Shown here: piece after piece, positions 1-8,630 of the stretch | Layout: each line of letters starts with the position of its first letter | How positions within the stretch are numbered: the stretch's first letter is position 1 | Assembly (NCBI GenBank): GCA_001687465.1 | Contig: LVLI01000590.1 | Location: 1-41,765 of the forward strand | From: Halocafeteria seosinensis | Taxonomy: Eukaryota | Direction of reading: 5' to 3' | DNA: 41,765 nt | Notes under the pieces: generated by a model | The model's database searches: none | What the model was told of the DNA's origin: nothing | Seen by the model: the letters and a program-made list of their open reading frames with translations, nothing else | Position numbers and translations under genes: made by a program

Positions 1-513
1 CTACGAGCAAGATGATACTATTCTACTTACGTTTCAAATTGCACGGTAGTCACGAAATGCCGGATCATTTTGACGTTCTCTCTCATCAAGCACAGGCTTA
101 GCCGAGACATCACCAGCTTCCTGTAGTTTCGTTGGTCCCACGCTCCTTTGTTTCCCCTGCAGATACCAGTGCAGATAAACCCGACGACGTCCACATGCAT
201 GACATATTTCCCCTTCCTGGGGACGAGGCACAGGATTCGGAAAACGTGGAGGAAGAAGATGGAGTAGTGACGCGTCAGGCGAGGACTTATTGTATATTCA
301 TATGGTTATACGGAAATACTCCCCTAACGAGTTGTGTGTATTGTATACGTCCTACCGGAAGAATCTACGAGCAAGATGATACTATTCTACTTACGTTTCA
401 AATTGCACAGTAGTCACGAAATGCCGGATCATTTTGACGTTCTCTCTCATCAAGCACAGGCTTAGCCGAGACATCACCAGCTTCCTGTAGTTTCGTTGGT
501 CCCACGCTCCTTT
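1..513. repeat. 149-bp direct repeat (1-149 and 365-513)
   Basis: ctacgagcaagatgat...ggtcccacgctccttt occurs twice with one mismatch. Confidence 0.95.
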
Positions 514-590
514 CAGTGTCCCCGGGAATCTCTTTGCCAGACGCTTAAGGAAGCGATACGCATCGTCTCCGAAACCTCCAGTCGCTTCCG
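391..590 (-). pseudogene. C-terminal part of a restriction-like endonuclease domain of a non-LTR element
   Basis: SEATGGFGDDAYRFLKRLAKRF...VMSRLSLCLMRENVKMI resembles the 'E-x-x-G-x-x-G-x-x-A-x-x-FL-x-x-L ... LS-x-x-L-x-R-x-N' tail of RLE domains. Its 3' part is duplicated at 1-149. Confidence 0.7.
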
Positions 591-829
591 AGTTTAAGGG
601 GAGTCCGGATCCCCCACGAAGTATTCCCCTGTGTGTATTGTATACGTCCCCTGTAGAATCATTACAAAACATGATGTCTTTCCGATCGATTGCCTCGTTA
701 GCTAGACGGTCAGACATCATGTTTTGTAATGATTCTACAGGGGAATACTTCGTGGGGGATCCGGACTCCCTTTAAACTCGTTAGGGGAGTATTTCCGTAT
801 AACCACATGAATATACAATAAGCGAGACG

Positions 830-1132
830 ATGCGCCTGACTATATATGGAGACTCTCTGAACGCAATTAATTGGGCGCAAGGAACGTTTGCCTGTAATTC
901 ACCCCACCTGCAGCCCGTCCTTCAGAAAATAATCGAAACACTTGAGCGTTTGCGGGAGCAGACACAGTCGGCAGGCAAGCCACAGGTGAAGTCTATCTCG
1001 CTGCATCATGTTCCTCGCGAGGAAAACACGGAGGCTGACCGTCTAGCTAACGAGGAAATCGATCGGAAAGACATCATGTTTTGTAGTGATTCTACAGGGC
1101 AATACTTCGTGGGGGATCCGGACTCCCTTTAA
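830..1132 (+). pseudogene. C-terminal half of an RNase H domain (archaeal/plant-like RNase HI type)
   Basis: LTIYGDSLNAINW...ISLHHVPREENTEADRLANE matches the GDS and HVPRExNxxADxLAN motifs. The N-terminal catalytic DG motif is missing. Confidence 0.85.
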
Positions 1133-1490
1133 ACTCGTTAGGGGAGTATTTCCGTATAACCACATGAATATACAATAAGATCTGTCCCCCTTCTGGAAGA
1201 AGAAGACGAACATCACCCCGATGTTTGGAGCGAGATTGAAGGAGAGGTTCCGTGTAATACCAATGTAATAATAATATAATAGATTGCATATTCAAGTGGT
1301 TATAGGGAATTACTCCTCTAACGAGTTTATAGGGAGTCCGGATCCCCCACGAAGTATTCGTGTGGGCCGCCACACCCCGAGCAACGAAAGGAAAAAACCC
1401 CCCCAGCTATACAACCAGCTACAATGAGGAGTCACTATCCATGCTTTGCCGTTCGCTCTGCGTACTGTCATCCCTATGCGCCGCCTCCAT

Positions 1491-1695
1491 TTCATCAGCA
1501 GAACAAATACGGAGCAGGTGGCGCAACACTTTCCCTCCCTCCTTTCATACTTTCAGAGCACTTACACCGCTGGAGCGCCTCTCTATTACAAAGGGGAAAT
1601 TACTTTCAGAGCACTTACACCGCTGGAGCGCCTCTCTATTTACAAAGGGGAAATTTTGACGCATTCTTGCGAAGGGGTCAGTCAGGCGGACCGCT
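1491..1695 (+). pseudogene. Reverse transcriptase fragment (segment before the QG motif), disrupted by a tandem duplication
   Basis: ISRT..EQVAQHFPSLLSYFQSTYTAGAPLYYKGEI(LTH)SCEGVSQAD resembles CRE-type RT 'ISR...P.L..Y...Y....L.Y....S..GV.QGDPL'. Confidence 0.7.
1548..1654. repeat. 53/54-bp tandem duplication
   Basis: tactttcagagcacttacaccgctggagcgcctctctatt(t)acaaaggggaaat x2. Confidence 0.95.
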
Positions 1696-1848
1696 CTCGG
1701 ACTCGACCCCATCCTGAAAACGCTCCAAGACTTGTGGTAGTTGCGAAAGGGGACCCGGGAACGAAACATCATCCAGGTAGGCATACACTTGAATCTCCGG
1801 GTGCTCCTCTTTAATTCGTTCCAGGACATCTCTGTGAGGATGCAAGGC
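1696..1848 (-). pseudogene. Reverse transcriptase catalytic fragment (YLDD), inverted relative to the preceding RT piece
   Basis: A minus-strand frame absent from the ORF track reads ALHPHRDVLERIKEEHPEIQVYAYLDDVSFPGPLSQLPQVLERFQDGVESESG. YLDD is at 1768-1779. Confidence 0.85.
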
Positions 1849-2310
1849 TACAAGTCATTATGGAAACTAGTCTAACATAATTCAGGCAAACAATGATATA
1901 GCTCCTGGTGAACTCCCTAACAACCTCGGCTTATCATTATGGCGACCGACATCGACGAACTCATTGATAATTCATTTCGATGGGGGACCTCGACAGACAG
2001 AAGGGCGCAAGATCAATTCCAAATATTTTTATGGCCGGTACGAGACTGCAGACACTGCAGCGTTGTGCATCCCTTGGAAAGACTATTCAACTTGAATATC
2101 AAAGTCAAGCTTTCATTGAAAGTTTTCAAACGTCGTTTTGTCAATTTCGATAAGATTCTATTGTAAGAATCGCAAGGAGCCGGCCTCACACACACAGGGT
2201 ATGTGTGTGGCATGTTAACTAAGGCAAAGGCGTGTGTGTGGGTGCACATTGGGTTTCGTCTAAACATGGAGGCGTATACAGCACCAGTATACGGAAGCAG
2301 TTAGCCAACG

Positions 2311-3582
2311 ATGTTTTGTCTGCGCTATTGCACAAGAACAAGCTGTACTAGTCGGATTATACTAGCGACGTTCTTTCAAAGGCCGGGGTGTTTACGTCGG
2401 AGTGTGAACGTTCACACAAGGGTCTCGTTCAGCACCAAGCAAAGATGGCAACAACGGGGCGATACCAACAATCGGAGCAACAAGGAGTATTTGGGTGCAG
2501 GTTCGCCTACTGCACAGTATGCCCGACGCTTGTGCCAAAACGCGAAGGACACGCTGCGAGGAATCTGGCGCCAGACTAGATTACTGCAGCATGTACGGTC
2601 TTCCGTGCCTCAGTCGAGAGAGCATTTATTGCGTACCTTGAAAGAGAAAGTTTATCGTTGTGACGATATATTGCGTTTATCTCTTGCAAGGGCAGCTCGC
2701 GTAGCTACAGACAAGCAGTGGTGGAAGACGAATCTCGCGAGGTTGCGAAAGGAGAATGTCGTGGCGTTTTATCGCAAGACACCGTTTGAAATGGTTTACC
2801 ATATCTTGATGCTGCAAACTTTTGTGTGGTTCGTTTGGTGGTATAGCCACCGCATTTTCCACGCCTCTAAAGGGGAGAGAACGGGTTTAGTGGGTCTCAT
2901 TGGGAAGAACTTTGCTCTCAGTCTCCATGGGCTTAGGGATGGTAGACTGTGGACAGCCTGCACGAGTAGCCTCTTAAATATTGACCTGCTATCTTTAGTA
3001 GGCAACGGCGCGTTCATGTTGATGTTTGGTTTGAGTTGCATCAATGCAGCGGGTCCATGGCATTTCCTATCATTGTTTTTCATTTCTACTACCCTATCCA
3101 ATTTAAGTTACTCGTTTTTGGGAAGCCTAGCATACCTGAAGGCTCAACTAGCTGCTTCGAAGTCAAAGGACCAGCTTTATGATCACGGCGTCTGCGGCCC
3201 TGAAGCCGCAATCAATGCCCGTAAGTTCCATCATTTCTGTACACTTCCGTCGCCGCATTCAGCTATTGTTCTCCTATGTTGCGCAGTTATCGGGTTCACG
3301 CTTAGCGGAAACCCAACGGCTCGATGCTCCGTGCCTCAAGTTGGAAGCATACGGCTTGCCCTACCAGCAGTCGCTTATGTGGTGGTCTGCTTGTTAGGAA
3401 TGGCCCGAGGAGGAGGAAATTGTGTCGGTAAGCGTTGCCTGATACCCAGCTGTTTAGATTGAAGGCCACTGATGTGTTGCTGAGTTCCAATGACTACAGA
3501 ATACGGGTGTGATGCTGTAGCTGGAATTGGTACTGGTATAGTGTATTTTTTGTTATTTCGAAAGGGAAAGATTCTATCGTAG
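2311..3582 (+). CDS. Rhomboid-family (PARL-like) membrane protein, probably catalytically inactive; 2 introns
   Basis: Basic N-terminus resembling a mitochondrial presequence. Contains GRLWTACTSSLLNIDLLSLVGN and GPWHFLSLFF, with TM4 reading GVCGPEAAINA. Predicted introns ~3221-3289 and ~3428-3499. Last exon EYGCDAVAGIGTGIVYFLLFRKGKILS* ends at TAG 3580-3582. Confidence 0.75.
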
Positions 3583-3766
3583 TTCTTACAGAATCCCACC
3601 CATAAATGTTGGGGACAAGTAGCCCGGCGGGTACTGTACGTTCTTCAGATTGGGTATCAGTCCGAAAGGGAAAGATTCTATCGTAGTTCTTACAGAATTT
3701 CACCCATAACTGTTGAGGACAGGTTGCCCTGCCGTTGCTGTACGCCCTTCAGATTGGGTATCAGTC
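3559..3766. repeat. Diverged 104-bp tandem duplication spanning the 3' ends of two convergent ORFs
   Basis: cgaaagggaaagattctatcgtag...cagattgggtatcagtc at 3559-3662 and 3663-3766, with scattered substitutions in the middle. Confidence 0.95.
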
Positions 3767-4104
3767 AGGTGAGGTGTGGGGTTGGTGAGAAATTCGTGCA
3801 AGTTGCAAAGCTTGTAAAGTTTCAATTCGGCCACAAAGTCAAACTTAAGCATTTTCCAATACCAGTCTATCGTGGTGCTGTCCGGAAAAAGAATTTGTAT
3901 AACATCATGGTCCGCGGTCGCTGAGCGCGAACATGGCCATTCGTCTCTCTCTGGGATTTCGGCAGTATCTACAAATGCACAGGGGTACCAAATTATCGCT
4001 AGTTTTACGTCTTCGACGATGTCCTTGTTAACTGTGTCCAGCTGGCCGGCCAGAGTTTTTCCGACTCTTAAGTTCACACCGCCCTTATGGTTGCTCCTTT
4101 TCAT
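3700..4104 (-). CDS. Hypothetical 134-aa protein
   Basis: Intronless ORF from the first ATG at 4104 that fills the gap between two genes. No family confidently recognised. Confidence 0.45.
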   Translation of the reverse strand: MKRSNHKGGVNLRVGKTLAGQLDTVNKDIVEDVKLAIIWYPCAFVDTAEIPERDEWPCSRSATADHDVIQILFPDSTTIDWYWKMLKFDFVAELKLYKLCNLHEFLTNPTPHLTDTQSEGRTATAGQPVLNSYG

Positions 4105-4215
4105 ACGCAGTAGATCAGTACAATTGTAGCGTTTGTCTCCGCCGTCGCATTGTCGTGTAGGCGAATTTATGAATATTGACACCCGACTTTCCTGGAGTAG
4201 TTGAGTAAAGGGAAT

Positions 4216-5716
4216 ATGGCATTGCCAGGTGGCACCAAGATCCACGAGCAAGGAGGTTCCGGCTCCCCATCGGCATATCCCACGCTAGTTGGAGGCCTGC
4301 TCCCACAATGGCAGCAAATAAAGGGTTCAGCATCTGTGTGCTTCTCAAAGAATGATGCATACGTTTCATCATTCAAAGGAGGAATGCGTAAGATATCAGA
4401 TTCTCTGGTGCAAGCACTGTGGACCAAGAATGCTCAACGATTCGGCCCGAGTGCTCCCATTGGTCAACTCACTCACATTCCGGAATGCTGTGGCAGTGAG
4501 AAGCTGGCACCGAGTTCACCAATGTATGCCTATTCACCGGCGGTAGAGCCAGAGAGTCCGTTAGCTAAACTCTTGATAGGGGGCGGTGTGACAGTGATGT
4601 TTGAAATGGTTGGCGGTGGCCATTTCATTGAATTCTTGAAGATCGCAAAGGTAGGAATGATTGCCTGATACCAGGGATAAGAGTGGCATTACCGGCTTGT
4701 CTTGTGCGAATGCAGCAAACTTCCCCAAATGAGTCGTACCTGCAGATCACGAAGCGGGTAACCGGCCAGAAGGGAATTGCGGGTACGTTAGATGGCTTCT
4801 TCCCTTGGGGATTCATTCAGGTATGCATTGGAGAATTTCAAGTATCTTTTGTTTTGGAGCCAAACACAATACTGGTGCGGACTTTTTGTTCAGGCGATAT
4901 TCAAAGGGACCGTTTTCGGATGGGGCCAGGCTGCTGCCGAGAAGCTGCTTCATGGTAATCGGTTCTTGAGTAAGGAAACAAGCAATGTTCTTTCCGGTGG
5001 CTGTGGAGGTTTCGTTCAAGGAGTTGTAATGAGCCCTCTCTTACTGCTGAAAACACGGGTAATGACGGATCCAAGTTATAGGGCTACCGGAGGATTGCTC
5101 CAGACGGCCAAAGCTTCTGCTGCGGTAGGAATCAAAGTTATAAAACAAGAAGGGCTCTTGGCCCTTATGAAAGGTATGAAAATGGGAATTCCGTATGTTG
5201 CAACTTATATACCGATTAATACTGGTGAACTCCGAATATACATGTTCAGGAATGCCTGTATTTGCTGGAAAGCGGTTTGCTGACTGGACTACTCGGTATT
5301 TCTTTGTCGTAACCGTGGAGCAGTTCCTTAAGACTAGTCCAGAGGAGAAACTTAAGGGATGGAGACAGGTATGTTGCTATATAAGCAGGATGTAGTTTGG
5401 ATATAGCTCTTTGTTGAAATGAGGCTCCGCTTTGCTACGGTTTGTGCAGATATTTGCGTCGCTGGCTGGAGGCACAATGTCTGCGCTCGTGACAATTCCG
5501 TTGGATGTACTCGTGGCTACTTTCCAGCAAGCCGCAAATGCCAACAAAAGCGTTGGCGTTATACAGGTGATCAGAGAAGAAATAAAGAAGGGGGGATTGC
5601 AAGGAACTTTCGACTTCGCTACACGAGGTCTTCTCGCTCGAGTAGCCCACGTGGCACTGACTACACTGATGATGAAAACTATGACCAGTAAGATCTATGA
5701 TCTACTGTACCGTTAG
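4216..5716 (+). CDS. Mitochondrial carrier family protein, YHM2-like (citrate/oxoglutarate carrier); 4 introns
   Basis: Exons 4216-4650, 4716-4820, 4894-5173, 5250-5368, 5450-5716. Motifs SPLLLLKTRVM and IPLDVLVATFQ. GFFPWGFIQAIFKG resembles the Yhm2 segment GLIPWAWIEASTKG. Confidence 0.85.
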
Positions 5717-5858
5717 TCTGAATAAGGCTTAGCCTTTTAACTTCCTTCATCTAAAATGGATAACACATACTCACAACTCTATATGGCGATTTGTGCTTCT
5801 CTTGATTCAATTGATCGAAGAGTGCTCTGCAGCTAACCCGTGTTAAATTACCTGCCGG

Positions 5859-8318
5859 TCAAGTCATGCCGGCCAAGTCCTTCGATGTGCCTGTTTCCGT
5901 TTTGCCAAGGTCCCGGATAAGCAACTCGAAATGGTTTTCAAACTCCCCAGCGAAATGATCTGAGATCATTGTCTCAGAAAGTAGCACCTTTCCAAGGTAA
6001 CGATGGTGGGTTGGAGGCATGAAATCTTTGCCGCTACCGAGCGTATTAGTCTGACTGGACGTTTCCGGGATTGGCAAAATCTTCAGCAGCTCAACGCTGA
6101 TGGAATCACCTTCCAGCTCCCTATATATTAGGTGATATAAGGATCCCACACAGTAGTATTGCATTAGAGTATTCGGAGCGCGCTCCGGCTTCACCTTACC
6201 ATGGTTTTGACTGCAATGGCTCACGCTAGGGCTTGTTGGAACTCGATATACCATGGACCGCAGTGGCTGCAAGCGTTGCAACAGAGACGCAGTTAATTCT
6301 TTCGAGCGACCCGCGAGAGTCTTCCTTTTGTCGGTTTCAGTGGAGTACCCGGCGTGGCGACGTTCGGCCTCCAGTGTATCATCAATGCTGTCTAATGCTT
6401 CCTCCACTAGCTCTACGGACTCGCGAACCGCTTCCATCCGCGCGGGTATTTCATTGCTACCATTGTGTTCAGTTGCCCTTGTCTCAGCCTTGCTTCCCCA
6501 GTGCCGTGTCTTAACCATGAGAGTAGACCATAACCCAGATATTTCTTCCTGAAATTTGGTTTTTATGTGTGACAGCCGCGTTAAAGTTTCATTTTCTCTG
6601 GGGACATTTACATGCGGCTCTGGCGAGGGAGTTATTTTTCCGTCCTGAAGCTGTAGGATTTCTCCACTTAAACTAACATTGAACCTAAGCAAGAGCCTTT
6701 TGGATACGTCGAGAATCTTATTTACGTATTTCACCTGATTCTTAACCTTCTCGTTCATATCTACGTTACAGTTTTTCGAAGACACCGACCCAGTTGAATG
6801 TTCTTTTTTTGTCTCCGTTACTCGTGCTAGTACCTTCAAATGCTGTTCAATAAGCTCTAAGTGTTGCAAGAGTTTCGCACGGTAGTTCAGATGGTCGAGC
6901 CACTTAGAGACTGCAATGAAATGTTACTCAGAGCGGGCTAGTACATAGTGAGGACCATATTGTACTTACTGGCGCTATTTACTGCCACACCACGCTGGAA
7001 AGCTGATTGAATGAAAGCCGATTGGGCAACATAGTGGGAAACATCGTCCCAGCTTTCTTTGGCTAAGGATAAGAGCTCTGTGCGCCAATCGATTTGGTAC
7101 AGCTCTTCTCGTAGCTGTTCCATTGCCGCTATATGAAACCGAGGCGTGACATCGTCTCCGTGGACAAAACTGAATATGAAGGGCTCACTTCGGATCGCTA
7201 TATCCAAAGAAACACAGGCAGGAGGTGAAAAACCGAACGACCTCACCGATGGATACTCTCTGCGCAGTGTTATGGCTGCCAGCGCCGCTATTCCAGCACC
7301 CATGCTGTGCCCCGTTGTAATCAGACCATACTGAGGAAAGTGCTCCTTTGTCTGCCGAAGAGACTGGGTCACTTCATTTATCATTGCTTCTGATGCTAGG
7401 AGCATTCCTCGGTGAGCAAGACCTCCATTAAACTGCCGTGGTGCGGCCATGACATTCAACAACACATCATCTATACTCCACGTCCCACGTACAGAAAGAA
7501 CGATGTTTTTTGTCTGCAATGGTGCATTTTAGTCATTGATGTAACCTAGCGTCTCAATGTGAGGATCTACTCACCTCGTGGCACACTCCCAATACGTAAG
7601 CGGGACGGGATTCATCAGCCCGGGAGGAGAAGTTACTCTTCACAAATTCGAAATGGTCTCCGACCCCTGCATTATGTTTCATTCTCTCTTTCAAGTACTT
7701 GAGTACTCGCTGTTCAGAATCATCGTATGTGGCATGAGAAATCACGAGCATTCTCCTCGCCAGTTCCACGAACTCCAAATCAGTTTCACGCTGCATTTTC
7801 CAAAATCGTGGAGCCTTGCTGGGCTGTTCGTGGTTCGCCTCTGAAACCGTCCCTACATTGATTTTACTTGTGGCATGGGACTCGTGTTTTTGCTGTCGGA
7901 TTCGCAATCTCCACAAGACGGCTAACCCAATGGCAATATCGTCGATGCCCCATCCTTCCATATGTTCCCATATTTCAACCAACGATGCGGCAGCTAATTT
8001 TAACTGATAAGGGACCCTCATTTTTAACGCTACTGTGGAGCTTTTCGTCCGTGTGTGTTCAGTTGCTTCCGCGTCTATCGTGTTAGCTTTGTCACAGGAC
8101 TCCACTGTGGAAAATGAGCGCCAGTTCCAGCTGCACGGACGGAAGCTGGGAGGTGGTGGTACATGCCCCTCGAATGATCTTGTCGGCAGGATGCAGGCGA
8201 ACACCCTATTCCTCCGGCTCAAGTTGCATATGCGAGCATCCTCGTACTGGGTTAAAGGCTTTGAACGACGCCACAAACGACGAACGCGTTGAAGTGCGAG
8301 CATTTGTTGCTCCGTCAT
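5859..8318 (-). CDS. Class 3 lipase (diacylglycerol lipase-like); 2 introns
   Basis: IVLSVRGTWSIDD, AHRGML, TGHSMGAG nucleophile elbow, FSPPAC and DDVTPR. Introns 7514-7574 and 6911-6969 join three ORFs. Confidence 0.9.
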
Positions 8319-8630
8319 CGATGCACTCTCATACCATATATATATATGGTAGTGTTCTGCTTACGTCTCTGAGACAAAATTCAGGAATGCTGTGTACCCG
8401 ATATCTAATAAATGACAATCTAAATTATATGCAAGCGTAAACTATCTTAAGACAGGAGTGTTACTGAAAAGTTAATTTACTTTTCCCGCTTTCTGTGAAG
8501 GTAATATTTTCACCCGGCGTTCGCCGCAACTCTTCCCCGTTGCAAATCTTGAGTCGTGGATTTGCCGTACGTGTATTCATCGAAAGCTACTTATTTTTTT
8601 CATTGTAGAATAGGGACAGTACGCTAAACT

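Larger units (their letters stand above)
286..1359. repeat. Repeat module present in both orientations
   Basis: 111-bp direct copies at 712-822 and 1069-1179 (two mismatches). Inverted partial copies at 286-333, 589-632 and 648-713, plus a diverged inverted copy at 1283-1359. Confidence 0.95.
1..1850. mobile_element. Fragmented, internally inverted relic of an RLE-type (CRE-like) non-LTR retrotransposon
   Basis: Contains an RLE C-terminal fragment (minus 391-590), an RNase H fragment (plus 830-1132), an RT fragment leading to GVSQ (plus ~1491-1695) and an RT fragment with AYLDDV (minus ~1696-1848), separated by direct and inverted repeats. Confidence 0.85.

Noticed and set aside
286..1359. 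CRISPR array or DNA-transposon terminal inverted repeats
   Set aside because: Repeats are long, irregularly spaced, in both orientations and overlap retroelement coding fragments. No cas gene or transposase is present, and the context is eukaryotic.
1283..1373. Integrase-like 'TPYKLVRG' peptide in the repeat module (minus strand)
   Set aside because: The match is too short, sibling copies stop right after it, and no other integrase motifs are nearby.
1440..1500. Hammerhead ribozyme core (CUGAUGA on the minus strand near 1492-1498)
   Set aside because: No stem II followed by GAAA and no cleavage-site helix could be built.
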